Assembly: GCA_043228905.1 (NCBI GenBank)
Contig: JBHGNT010000021.1
Location: 3,596,001 to 3,660,000 of the forward strand
Reading direction: 5' to 3'
Length of the DNA: 64,000 nt
From: Azolla caroliniana
Lineage: Eukaryota; Plantae; Polypodiophyta
The translations under genes and the position numbers were made by a program. Below, in pieces: positions 35,353 through 48,992 of this stretch. The notes under the pieces are model-generated. The model was not told the DNA's origin. It saw nothing but the letters and a program-made list of their open reading frames with translations, and ran no database searches. How positions within the stretch are numbered: position 1 is the stretch's first letter; each line of letters begins with the position of its first letter.

Positions 35353-35485
35353 GTTCAATTGAGCTTATCTTGGATTATTATTTTCAATTAAGGGAAGCAC
35401 ATTAGAAAACATGTTTTTTTAACCCATGTATTCTAATGTGCTTCCCTTAATTGAAAATAATAATCCAAGATAAGCTCAATTGAAC
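35353..35485. repeat. Near-perfect inverted repeat: 61-bp arms, 1 mismatch, 11-nt loop
   Basis: 35353-35413 is the reverse complement of 35425-35485. Confidence 0.97.
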
Positions 35486-36344
35486 ATACAAATAGATTAT
35501 CATGTGATGATGATGCATCCTGAAAGTACAAATAGATTAATGGTACAACAAAACTAAGGCGTTGAACTAACTGAATTCGTCACTAACACCTAGAATAGGC
35601 TTAAACAAATAAGTCCACAATTACAAAGTCTCCTCTTTATTTGTTATGACTATATTGTATAAGAACAAAATGTGGGGCAATTGAATAAGAAATATACCCC
35701 AACAAATTTAAGTATAGATTTATATATGTCTATGTCATGTGCCCAATAGCATTATACAAATTCTAAGTGAATACAAACATTTTTTTCTTGAGCACCTAGT
35801 AAGATGTGATAAAACATATCCAGTATTCCATTTTAGTACATGTTTTAGGACAAACCTTTAAAAAACAATGATAAACGTTTTAGTGAATTCGCCACCATTT
35901 TCCTAAGCATTCACAAGCACATTACATAGTATTGATCCAAAACATCGTTTTGGAAAATTCATGAGAGCAAAAAATTGGTGTGCCCCGAAAGGGCTATTTT
36001 GGAATTGGTGGGTTATATTGTGAATTGAAGAGTAGTTCAAAACCTATGCGCCACATAACACAAATGCCACTACTCATCAAAAGTCGTCGCCGCTTGTCTA
36101 ATGAATATACTATTGAATTGAATATGTCATAATACAAGCACAAAATGCCCATTTCCTTTTGAAACTCTCTTACGAGCATACGATAGGGAGCAGAGGCAAT
36201 TGCGAGGAAAATACCATTCTCGAAATCGGTGGTCTGCATAATTTATATGGGGAGAAGTTCAAAACATACGTGCCAAAGGAGGGTCACATATCACCACATT
36301 GTCCAGTGAGTGATCACATTTGATGCAAATTGTCATCATAACTT

Positions 36345-36616
36345 TAGGAATCAAGAACGACTCGACTCAAGCCTAAACCGAACCGTTAAACCGTTTTTTT
36401 AACGACTTGGTGGCTCGGTTTGGTTCTGTTTAGGCTTGAGCTTCCTTAACCGGTTTGATCTCGGTTTGGGATGGTTCAAGCCGAACCGAACCGGAACCAA
36501 TTTGAGCCAATTTGGCTTCCAAGCAAGTTAAGGCTTAATCGGCTTGGCTAAACCGGTTTAGGAACCGGTTCGGTTCAAGTTTGGAAACCCCGAAACCGAA
36601 ACGTTGCTGATTCTTA
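36345..36616. mobile_element. MITE, hAT-like (~272 bp)
   Basis: Imperfect 15-bp TIRs (TAGGAATCAAGAACG / CGTTGCTGATTCTTA) and many internal AACCG/CGGTT motifs. No clear TSD. Confidence 0.6.
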
Positions 36617-36679
36617 CTTATAAGTTATAAGTTATAACAATCTAATCAACTGATGTGAATTTGTGGAATTCGAATCGAG

Positions 36680-36800
36680 ATATATGTATATACACATACA
36701 TACATACATACATATTATATAATATATATGTATATATATGTATATGTATATATATGTATATGTATATATATACATATCTATGCATATATGTATGTATATG
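36680..36800. repeat. AT/TATG compound microsatellite
   Basis: Directly visible. Confidence 0.9.
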
Positions 36801-37180
36801 TCTTAAAAATGCGGACTGAGGGAGGAATGCCTTAATGTGTGCGCGTGGTGGTTTGGGTTCGAAACCGAGGTAGACCAAATGGGGCTACATTCGTAGTTTC
36901 TTAAAACAAAAGGTATGAACTATTACTGTGAAATAACAGAAACATGGGGCTACATTTGTAATTCCTCAAGAAAGTCAGAGTTAAGAAAATACTAAAACCT
37001 AAAAGATTTTTTTTCTTTCCTTCTGTTTCTGCGATACGTATATAAAGCATTCGCCATCGCCATCGCCATCGCCATCGCCATAGCTCGTTCTCTGTCTCTG
37101 TCTCTGTCTCTGTCTCTTTGTCTCTCTGTCTCTCTGAACGAATAAGGATTCCTTGAGGCCTGCTCCTGCTCTCTGAAGCC

Positions 37181-39781
37181 ATGGCGGCGTCCATCAGCCT
37201 CCGCCTGCATACCTCCTTCCTCACCTCCGATCACTCCCCCCAACCATCGCTTCATCGCAGCCTCAGGCTTCCAAACCCTAACCCCCTCCATTGTCAGACC
37301 TTTCGCTCTTCAGCCAAGCTCCGCTGCAATGCCGTCCTCGCCTCATCCCCTCGTCAAGAAGACGAGAATAAATTACAGGAACGACAAGAAGAAGTAGAAG
37401 AGAACGATGGCCGTGTTTACAACTTTGCTGCTGGTCCTGCTACATTACCTGCTTCTGTTTTGAAGAAAGCGCAGGATGAGTTCTATAACTGGAGAGGTTC
37501 CGGAATGAGTATATTGGAGATGAGCCACCGCGGCAAAGAGTTCCTTTCCGTCATTCAAGGTGCGGAATCCTCACTCAGATCCCTTCTCAACATTCCTGAT
37601 GATTATGCTGTCTTGTTCCTTCAAGGAGGTGCCACGACACAGTTTACCTCTATTCCTCTTAATCTCTGCAAACCTGACGATTCTGCCGACTACATTGTCT
37701 CTGGTTCTTGGAGTGACAAGGCTTTCAAAGAAGCGCAGAAGTACTGTAACGCGAAAGCTGTATGGAGTGGGAAATCGGCTAAATATACCTCTCTTCCTGC
37801 TTTTGGTAAGCTAAATTCATGGTTATTTTCTCTTCCCAAAGTCTCATATTTGATCTGGTTGTCATCTGTTTTTTTTTCTGAACTATTCTCAACCCTGTCA
37901 ACTCGATCTTGTTCGTTTCTGGTAAACGTAAAGCCAAATTTGGAGACATTTGGGGATCGAGTAAATCTTTGGATCTGTATTAGATTGGGCTCCGTCACTT
38001 GACACAAATGTACTTTATTTGCTGAAAACTAAGCACCAGATCTGGGAAAATTCGAGTGCTTTATTATATGCTATGTCTGCATTGGCACAATTAATATTCA
38101 CCTTACGTGACAAATCCACTCATTTCTGTCAATTAATTTCCATACAGATCCAGGGAAATTTGTGCTTTAATATCTGGTGGTTCCAGATTAATGTAGCCTC
38201 CCCTTCTGGATACATGAATATAATTGAACTTGTTCATTTCTGGTAAATCTAGAATCAAAACTGGATGATATTTATGCCGGAAATATGCACATATTTTGGA
38301 TCTGTATTGGGTATAAAATCAGAATGTTATTGTCTATAAAATTCGTATGATTTGATAACTTTTGAAATTGATGTTTTTACTGATTGGAGGCATCGCGATT
38401 ATTTTTTATTTTTCCGTCTCTGCAAGAGATAGAGATGAGGTAGGTATGCATTTGTGTTCACGATGCATCCCATCAGATGTAGTCTCCATATCTATGGGTC
38501 TTCAACAAGATCCATAACTTACTTGATATCTGGTTGGTTAGAATGCATTCTGGTTATATGCATGATATCTGATTGAATGTCCATATCTCAAGAATACTCA
38601 CAAGATCCATATGAAAGGAGATCGATCTCATATTTTATTTAATGGCATGTCAGACAATACACAATTGCATCTGATGTCCAATTGGAGTCATTACAAGATC
38701 CATGCCATCTACTGATCGAATTGTGGATCAGACATGGCCATACCTATGGGCTCATAAAAGATCTGTAATTTATGAGATCCATCGTTTATCTAATTTGATA
38801 TTCCTATAAACTGAGGAGATCAGTTCATTACGATTTTGCATCCATCTTCCACCTTATTAAGTGACATCTAATTTCCAAATCCTTTAAACTCGTATAGAGT
38901 AGATCCTAATGCTCGGGCATTGATATTAGATTCTAAGCTCCCGGTATATGCTCACTTTTGTGCACCTATATTACAGTATAATAGGTCAATGTTTTATATG
39001 TGATTTTACTGATCCTTACATACTATACATGCAGCAGTCAAACTTGGTGATGGCACTAAATTTTCTGTCCTTAATAAATCGCTTTTCAGGTGATCTGGAA
39101 TTCACACCGGGAGCAAAGTATCTTCACATCTGTGCAAATGAAACAATTCATGGAGTCGAGTACAAGGATTACCCGACTCCTCCAGAAGGGACTCTTCTTG
39201 TAGCTGACATGTCTTCGAATTTCTGTTCTAAACCAGTGGATGTATCAAAGTTTGCCTTGATTTATGCTGGGGCACAGAAGAATGTTGGTCCATCAGGTGT
39301 TACCATCGTCATTGTTCGCAAAGATCTCCTGGGTTCACCGCAATACATAACCCCAGTTATGTTGGACTACAAGATTCACGCAGACAACAACTCTTTGTTC
39401 AATACGCCCCCTTGCTTCGGCATCTATATGTGTGGATTGGTATTTGCAGACCTCCTTGCAAATGGGGGTCTAGAAGGTGCGGAGAAGAGGAACATTGAGA
39501 AGGCAAAACTACTATATGATGCGATTGATGGGAGCGAAGGATTCTATAAGTGCCCATTGGAGAAGTCTGTTCGATCGTTGATGAATGTTCCCTTCACGAT
39601 GGGGTCTCCAGAATTAGAAGGAGAGTTTCTGAAGGCAGCGGCAGAGCAAGGTATGGTGCAATTGAAAGGTCATCGATCTGTTGGTGGTATCAGAGCTTCG
39701 ATCTACAATGCGATGCCAAAAGGTGGAGTCGAGAAGCTCGTCGCCTTAATGAAGTCTTTCCAAGCCAAACATACGTCCTAA
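37181..39781 (+). CDS. PSAT: Phosphoserine aminotransferase, plastid-targeted, 438 aa; exons 37181-37805 and 39090-39781
   Basis: Ser/Arg-rich transit peptide; motifs [51 protein letters not shown] (PLP lysine) and [17 protein letters not shown]. Confidence 0.97.
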
Positions 39782-41421
39782 ACTTTCCTTCTTTCTTTCA
39801 GTTCAAATCCTAGGATTGTGTGTTTTTATCACTGTTCACAAGCGCAACAATTCGATTTTCCTTTCTTTGATATAGTTAAGAGTCAAGTGATGCACCTACA
39901 GCATAGGTATTGCTGAACACACATCCGGTGCTCATCGGCATAGTGAAATAAAGATCTTGGTTATATCGATAATCATATATATACTCTTGTCCTGAAGGTA
40001 TATTCACACTGATTGTACCCTTAATGTGTGTTATTATAGAGTCTGACTGTGTTAGAATAAAATAATTGTTTTTTTTTTCTATTGTATTGAACGCAATATA
40101 TGTATAATATATATATATATATATTTGGATTAGTACATCAATTTTCTATCTCATTGATATCTGTTGTTGGGAAGCTTCATTAAAATAGGTTGTAAATGAT
40201 CTTGGTGCGGGTGATGTTCAAGCTTATTTTGTGAAGCCTAGACAAGTCTCAAGAGATGAGATTAATGGCAAGAAATTTTCTGCATTTGGGTTGAAGTTTT
40301 TTGTTAAATTTGATGTAGGTACATCACACCCTATTCATGTATTGGCATCCATGATTGGGGTAGTTTAGAGAAATCATTACAAATTGCTCAATTGTTGCAT
40401 GCCATCAATTTTAGAATGTTGGAATTTTTTGACCTATTCTTGAGTTTTACTTGACTTTGTCTTCATCATTGTGGATGCCACACAAAAAAAAGTATTTATT
40501 AGACCCCAATACTCACGAGTCACCTGTCCTAGTATCTCAAACATGCTTCTCTAAATCTTTTTTCTCTTGAGTTTATTGTGGTGATTTATTTTACAATCAC
40601 CATAATCAAAATAAAGTAGTTTTTGAAATCCCAATCAATGGTCCTCAAGGGCCAAAACTTGAATCCCAAAAATATTTGGCTCAGCATATATACTTCTCTT
40701 GAGATTCATTTTGATGATTTTTTTTAAGACATGTCATAATGTGTTTTGATAAATCCCAATCATCCGATCATGACACAGAATAAACAACCGAGGAAGTTCT
40801 CCAACTTTAAGTTCCTAGTTTAGTTCTGCTTTTTACAATATAATTGACTTGAGAATATACCAATAGCAAGATTCTTTAGCCACTTTTTATCTTATTTTCG
40901 TTTTTTTACTTAGTAACATTTTCTAATCTCTTATTTGGTTTTATAAGCCATTTTGACCTCTTAAAAGATAGATCGCTGTATATTTGCCTTTCTATGCACT
41001 ATAATTCTTTCGGGTGGGGTTACTACAAACTTTTGACGGTCAAATGGGGGGAGGGGGGAATGAAATAATGTAGGTGTTTGGGATGCTATAATTTGGAATT
41101 ATAAATCGATAAGGCTTGATCTCCATTGAGATTTCGGTTGCCAATTGATTAACGTTCTCCACAAGTAGCCATAGGTCAACGGGCGATACCATATACACCA
41201 AAATTACATCAAAATCTAAAATAGGATGGACTAAATTAGCACACTCTTTAAACTTCTATAGTCTCGATGGGGGAAGGGGGGGGGGGGCCAAAGACAAAAC
41301 CATGTTTTCTGAACTGGCTTCTAGACCCTAAACTTTGTTTAAGGGTTAACTCGGATGACGAGCTTGTTTAGTGCTGATAAGAAATTGTGTAAGAAAAGGG
41401 CTTGCTACAATCTTGGCCGAC

Positions 41422-41560
41422 GTTAAATGGATAAAGACCCGAATGATCGTTGAATGGATAAAGACCCGAATGATTATTAAACAGATAAAGAACCGAATGA
41501 TCATTGAACGGATAAAGACCCGAATGATTGTTAAACATATAAAGACATGAACGATCGTTG
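41422..41560. repeat. 27-bp minisatellite x5
   Basis: Contiguous units of gtt(a/g)aa.ggataaagacccgaatgat(c/t). Confidence 0.9.
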
Positions 41561-41830
41561 GTCTTGACACCGGGAAACGATTGTCCCCCCCTTATGTGGG
41601 GTGGGGGTGGATGGGCATGACGTGGCAACTTGTGTAGGACATAGCCGTGTGAACACGGTGGGAGACACGAACCAGAAAACAGACAAAACACCAGAAAACA
41701 GGGCATATAACTACTGCACAGAAGAAAGACGAAGAAGAATTAGAAGGAATTAAGGAAAGAAGGAAAACATATTTTCTCGTGTTTACTTCTCTTCTCCTCC
41801 GTCCATCGATTTGTTTCTCTGAGCCTTGCC

Positions 41831-42998
41831 ATGGCTGAGCTCACAGAGACCCAGGTCGCAGAATTCAAAGAAGCTTTCTCTCTCTTTGACAAGGATGGAG
41901 ATGGTAACGATTTTTCGTCTCAATCTGTGTTTCTGTATCTAAGACACACACACACACACACACACACACACGTACATACATACATACATAAACGTTATTT
42001 GATCAAACCATCCATCCATACAGTCAGAGAAAGACATACATTGTTTGATCAAGGAAAACATGCGTACATGCATTCTTTCATCAAAGAAACACATAAATCC
42101 ATTCATTGAGCAAAAGAACACAGAATGTCTTTTTTCCGGTTAATGAGCAAAGAGGGGGAAAAAAAACATGCAGTTCTTTCTATAAAATTTCATGGGAAAT
42201 TGTTTTGGTCATCACAAAAAACCTGATTTGTTGGAAATCCTCAGAAAACATTACAACAAGAGAGTTGGGGGCTGTCATGAGGTCACTTGGGCAGAGCCCA
42301 ACAGAAACAGAGCTACAAGATATGATCAATGAAGTAGACACTGATGGGAGCGGAACAATTGATTTCCCTGAGTTTTTGAATCTTATGGCTAGAAAAGCAA
42401 GGGTATCCATTCTTATCCTACGACACTCGGCGTGATTCATCGCTAATATTTTGGTTATATGAGCGATTTATACAGGATCTTTCACATCCATTATAACACT
42501 ATAAACTGTGGTTTCATGCTACCAGGAAATAGATTCCGAAGAAGATCTGAGGGAGGTCTTTAAAGTTTTTGATAAGGATCAGAATGGCTTTATCACACAT
42601 GCAGAGGTATTAAGAGAGTTTTTTTTGGACATAGGCTCCCATGCATTCCTTTTGATGATTAAACTACCATACCTTTAATATACTGTCAAGTTCCATATGC
42701 ATCTTTCTTCAGTTTTCATCTTGATCAACACTCTTATTGTTGTTTTCAAGTTTTAATGTTTTCTTGGGTTTAATTAAGCTGTAATCTGTAATCAAGCCCC
42801 ATGGTTGTCTTCATTATCACAAAACCCGCTAGATCGATGACGTTCGTTATTACTTTGTTGTTAAAGCTTCGCCGTGTGATGATCAATATTGGCGAGAAGT
42901 TAACCGATGAAGAAATTCACGAGATGATTGTAGAGGCCGATAAAAATGGTGATGGGCAAGTGGACTATGAAGAGTTTGTAAAGATGATGCAGTACTAA
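41831..42998 (+). CDS. Calmodulin-like protein, 147 aa; exons 41831-41903, 42245-42402, 42526-42606, 42867-42998
   Basis: Four EF-hand loops ([48 protein letters not shown]); all introns GT-AG and frame-preserving. Confidence 0.93.
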
Positions 42999-43428
42999 AG
43001 AAAAGCTTGGCTAATTTCTAGGTATGTGTCATACCATACCATACCATACCATAGCTTCTTAACATATGCTTAACAATGCTATTGATTGGAAGAGATGGTT
43101 GTTGTGTATCAATGTTTCTCTGAGTTGTTGACTATCAAGGGACTTCTTGCTTTCCTGTTTTTTTCATAGTTGAAACTTGATATCTCTCTGTTTCTGTTGA
43201 ACTTCAGCTGACTAAAACAATGTTTGTAACATGTTATACTTTTATCAGATACCATGGAATCTGCATTCTGTCAATCTCTGGATGCTGCACTATGGTTCGA
43301 TGTGCATCACCAGTAACTATAATGTTGTAAAGGAATTAAAAATCACATATGAAAATTTAAGAAAAACTGAAAAGAGCTGTTCAGAATTTGAAAAAATATA
43401 CATGCATATATCAACCATCTATCGAATT

Positions 43429-43597
43429 GAATCAAAATAAATGAATCTAGATTCTAACTTTTGATCTATTATATAAATCAACCCATATTTATATTTGAGC
43501 TGGGTAATCCATGAATCAAAAGAAATGAATCTGGATTCTAACTTTTGATCTATTATATAAATCAAACCATATTTATATTTGAGCTGGGTAATCCATG
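43429..43597. repeat. Tandem duplication, 2 x ~84 bp
   Basis: gaatcaaaa.aaatgaatct.gattctaac...gggtaatccatg occurs twice. Confidence 0.9.
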
Positions 43598-44569
43598 TAA
43601 ATTGTTATTGAAGACAAACATTCAACCATAGGATCGATATTCCACTTGTGCTCACGTAAACTTAAACCCAACTAGGAAGACAACTTGGTTTCCACATTAG
43701 CCAATAAGATGTTTTATATGAGATCCAACTACTTTACTTTGAAAGCTAAAAAATTGTGTAAATTGACTTACAAAATATAACGATTGCTACTTCATAAGAA
43801 TCTTTATGGCAACACTATCAAGTGTCCAAAACAATATGTCAAATCCTTTTAGGGGTAGTGCTCTCCTCTCCATGTTGAATGCATGCTTCTCTATTATCAA
43901 TCTAAAAACAAATATGAAATGGAATGAATTGTTCAATCTAAAAAACATTGTTGTACCAATTATAGTTGTTACCCTTGTATTGATGAAATATAAATTTCAC
44001 TCATCCTTACCTTTGATGTATATTTCCTTCTCATAATCGCAGAATATTCTTGTAACTAAAGAATGTTTTTTTCCATATTAAATGATTATAAGAGCAACCA
44101 ACATATTGTAGTGGGAGGAAGAGAACAATGATACAAATACATGCAATTCAATCTGTCAATGTGTTCAATATTGCTCATATAGTATTCTCTGACATATGCA
44201 ACAAGATTTGTTTATGTGTTAGGTATTGCTCATATAGTATTCGTTGACAAACAATCTTTATTTTTGAGGCTACATATGCACACATGTTTAGATGCATAGG
44301 CGCAAGTAGATAGGCTCGCTCATAGATCTTAGCTTGTAGTAAGATTAAGACAAGCTTTCAACGTTGTAAAGGTTGAGGTTCATAAATTTCATGAATCTTG
44401 ATTCTTAACTAAGCTCTTTTAAAGTTCAATTTTTTTTTTTGAAAGCATAGTTTAGAAGAATTATGGGACAATTTATTTTTGTTTCTATACTTGAAGTTTT
44501 ATTTCTTTTTTATTTCTATGCTTGAAGTCTTATTTCTTTTTCCACATCCAAGCCCTGTATGTAGTCCTA

Positions 44570-45990
44570 AGGTAGTAGAGGTCTAGCATACTAAATTAAA
44601 TGTCAATAACTCTAAAACAAAGATTATGCTTGTGAAAAGCCAAAAAACATAAGCAATGCATTATGTACAATAATGAGCCACTTGAATGTGTGGAAAGCTT
44701 CAAATATCTTGGCCTTGAAGTTCCTTCAAATCATTGATGGAATGAATGTGTTACATGTCACTTAGAGGCGGGAAAGTGAGCATATTATGCATTTGAGAAC
44801 ACATGCAAATCGTGAAGATATTAAGTGTTGGGTCCTCAAGAAATACCTTTTCGACGCTTTGGTGACACCAATGCTTCTTTATGGGGTGGAAGTATGGGGT
44901 GGTAGCATCCCTACATCTACTTGGAAAGAGTTTGAAAATGTCCAAAAACATTTTCTTAAAAAGTTTTTATAAGTTAAGAAACAAACGCCATACATCCTCC
45001 TCCTCCTTGAGACAGGATCACTTCCCATTGAGATCATGGCCATGGAAAGGGTTGTTGAGTACATGCTTAAGGTTCAAAAAAGTCCCTCACATCAACGTCC
45101 TAAAATCACATGGGAAGCAAGCAAAAAGATCCAAAAGATGCATAAAAGCAAAATTTTGTGTTCCGATTGGATGCGATATATGAAAAAGTGGTTTGGTAGA
45201 TGGGATGTAACACATTTGCTTCATGGTGCACCATTAGATTCCTCTATAAATGAGGCCTTTTTGCAACACCAATGTATCATAACATTGGAAACATGTGGAG
45301 GCTCACGCTTCACACATTATACTACACATGTTGTGCATTCACAGAACGGGGAAACCTTACACATCGATATATGTTAGAGCTCATTCTGTTGGCTTCCATT
45401 CAAACCATTGCTTCCAGGCAACTTAGCTCACATGCATTGCAATGTGAGATGTTGTGTTGGGGCACAAATGATGAGAGGTCGACTATGCACACTTTGCGCT
45501 AAACAAGTATCACACTTTGATACAATGCTCTGCCTTTGATCATATTTGACCATGCTTTCCACACATCTTCGACCAAACCCAATCCCTGCACGAATTTCTC
45601 AAACAACCACAACACTCTCGATTGCAACATTCATTGGTAAAGTTCTTGAATATCGAGAGTCACTACTCACTTTCACATGTATCACGTGAAATGTAATATT
45701 TTTGGTCTCATAGGTCATATTTGACCTCTGAAGGCAATAATATAATCTATCTATCTATCTCTCTCTCATGCATTGTGATGTGAGACAAGATGTTGGGGCA
45801 CAAGTAATGAGAGCAGTCGACTCTTCATACTTTGCCTAAAACAAGTTCGGGAGTCTAAATATCACACTTTGATACATCGCTCTACCTTTGATCACATTCT
45901 ACTATGCTTTCCATACATATTTGACCAAACCCAATCCTTGCATGAATTGCTTTCATATTCACAATGTGCACTCTCGATTGCAACATTCAT
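44570..45990 (+). mobile_element. Degenerate RTEX-like non-LTR retrotransposon 3' part, plus a second partial 3' copy (45767-45990)
   Basis: Motifs ESFKYLG, LFDALVTPMLLYGVEVWG, ENVQKHFLK...LLETGSLPI, LSSHALQCE and CTLC...YHTLIQC; (CTAT)n/(CT)n tail at about 45746-45766. Confidence 0.75.
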
Positions 45991-47185
45991 TAGGTAGTTA
46001 TGGTTGTAAATATGAAGGATTGTTACAAAAGAGAAATATTTATTTTTGAAACCAAGATAAGCTTGTACGAGCCAAGCCAGTTGTAAGTTGAATTAAGCTT
46101 CAATATAAGAGAATCCTTAATTAGTATTCACATGGTCTTGTACATGCTTGTGTTTAAGTTAATAGAATTAAGTAATCTAAAGAGTTTTAATGAAGTGTGT
46201 GATGACAATAAGGATGTGTTTAGTGTCATTATGAATCAGTACACATCATCCATGTGTATGAAGAGCGTATGTGGCCAAAAGTTAGGGGACTGTTTTGCTC
46301 ATCCTATTATAGATCATAGTTGTGACTATCATTTCAAAGGACATTTGGCCATTTTTTATGTTAACATAACGCTTCAATTCACACAAATGTGGTTGTACAC
46401 CTCACAATGTTATATTCTTTAACTACTAATTATGTGGAATACCTAATGAGACATGTAATATTTTATGAATCCCTGAGTCTTCAAATGCAATTGTCAAGTA
46501 TTGCTCATCCTTGTAATGATGCATATGCACTATACTAAGCATAAGTACAAATCACTCCATATTCATGTAACGAAGAAAAGTAATGTGAAAAATGGAGAAT
46601 ATTGGGCACATTCTAAAAGAAATATGAATATCATTATTTACTCTAGAATTGAGAAAGGGTGGATGTAGAGAGGTATGCATTGCAAATCCACTTAAACACA
46701 TACAAACGATTCTCGCAAACTTATCTATAAAACTTGATTATGAACACATTTGAAGATAATTGAAGACTCTCTCCATGACAACTCAAAACTGCTTCAAATG
46801 ACTCATGTTCTACATGTCCAATAAATTTTGAGTGAAAATCTGAATTCAACAACATAGAAGATTGATATCAAATGAAATGATTATTTATTGATTTTCTATG
46901 TTTGTTTTCCCATATCCACACACATAAGAGTGTAATGAAGCGACTAATGGAGTTAAACAAACGAAAAGGTAAAGTTGAAAGATTGATTTATAACTCCATA
47001 TGGAAGTTGGGTAGCTTGAAGGTGATGAAATATAGTGCTAAACAAAGAGTACATTATGTAGGATTATTTGAGAAAGAGAAGAGCACAAAGAAACCTTAAA
47101 TAAGGTTTCTCACACAAACATACACAATCAATTTTAAAATGTCTTCGAGGAATACAAATGTTTGGATAAATTAAACTTTCTATGT

Positions 47186-48992
47186 TTATCTTGTGGATGA
47201 ACAAACAATTTTATAACCACCCGCTCTTATGATACATTGATGATAACCAACTGCCATAGCTGCTCCAATGAAGGGACCAACCCAAAATATCCACTACAAA
47301 AGTGAAAAAGAAATAGCAAATTCAATTAATTCTAGATATTGCTAAATTAAACCAATTTGAATGAAAGCCTTGGTACTTTATTAAATATTTGTTGGATTGG
47401 CAAACTTGTTAAATTCCTAACATTAATATAGTAAGGGATAAGGTAATATCAAACATACATGTTGATCCCAAATTTCATCATGTCCATACACAACAGCAGC
47501 ACCGAAGCTTCTTGCAGGATTGATGCCTGTCCCTGTGATTGGGATGGTAGCCAAGTGAACCAAAAATACGGCAAAGCCAATAGAGAGAGGTGCCAATACC
47601 TATCAAACAATCAACGAAAAGCTCTCAAATATGACCAAACTCGATGGTTTAATATGAAGTTAGTACCAAAGGGAACAATATTACAAGCTTGTTTAATATG
47701 ATCCACAAATTACAGTTTCAACAAAGCATATCATTAATGCAATAGCCTAATTTATAGTGCAAAGAAGTTCTCGATTGGAAGTAAGGAATTTCAAGATGAT
47801 CTCAATGATGTCATATAGGTATGTAGTATTGAATCAAGTTTCAACCCAACCTAAATGAGAGTCATGTTCTCTAAGTTGCTACTTCCACAAATGTACTCTT
47901 GAATCAAACCAACTTGAGTGAGAGACATGCTCTTTAAGTTGTCATTTTTAGGATCTTTTTATTGTTGTATGAGGTTTCACCTCATATTTGAGATTTTCCA
48001 CTACCAATATAAGCTATTTCTATGGAAAATAAATATGGATGAGGAGGTTATTTAACAAAAATAGAGAGAGGCAGGGCATACGGGAATGTGGGGATCACGA
48101 GCATTCCTTTTTGCATCTATTGCAGAGAAGACGGTGTAGACAAGAACAAAGGTGCCAATGATCTCAGCTGCAAGGCCCGTGCCTTTGCTATAGTCGCTTG
48201 CAACATGATTTGCTCCTCCTCCTGCTGACATGTACATGTCGTGTTGCAACCTCTTCACGATCGCCACTCCAGACATTGCTCCTAGGCATTGTGCCACAAT
48301 GTATGCCACTGCACGAGATAACGACACCTTGCGTGCTAGAAGTAGAGCAAATGTGACTGCAGGGTTGATGTTCCCACCTAGTGTGAATCATGTAAATTCA
48401 CATGGTAAATTCAATCTTTCATCTATGTTGAACTTGTTCCTTTAGAAATAACTTATAAATTCCATCTCCTAATTACATGTAACAAGAGTTTTTAACTTGT
48501 GGGGGAGCTTAGAATCCATTTTTCCTTGTAATGTTAGGTCCAATCAAGTGTGAAACACATGTGATGATAGTGAGTGAGAAATTGAAAACTTTGTATAAAA
48601 ACTAATATTGTGTACAAAGTACCAGAGATGCCAGCAGTGCAATAGACCAAGACAAATATCATGCCACCAAAGGCCCAAGAGATGCCAAGGATCCCAACAC
48701 CACCACATGTCTTCCCGCCTTTGGACGACGAGACAGCACCAATGACCGTGTTGATGGCAATGTAGAGGAACAAGAGTGTGGCAACAAACTCAGTGATGAT
48801 GGCCCTATAGAAGGACCATGATCCAAACTCTTTCCAATCTATCAATGCAACAGGCAATGGATCGGAGTAATCTTTGGTCATATTGGCATCATTCACATTG
48901 CGATTATTATTGTTGTTAATGTGATGATTAGTATTAGGGCTATTAAAATTGATGGCTCTTTCCTCATCCACTTTATGAATGTTACTTGCCAT
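47186..48992 (-). CDS. PIP: Plasma-membrane intrinsic protein (PIP aquaporin), 304 aa; exons 48992-48623, 48377-48082, 47599-47459, 47293-47186
   Basis: Motifs [24 protein letters not shown], two NPA boxes, [10 protein letters not shown]; canonical three-intron PIP layout; ar/R filter F-H-T-R. Confidence 0.96.

Noticed and set aside
41422-41560. CRISPR-like periodicity
   Set aside because: Units are contiguous with no unique spacers, no cas genes are present, and the context is eukaryotic.
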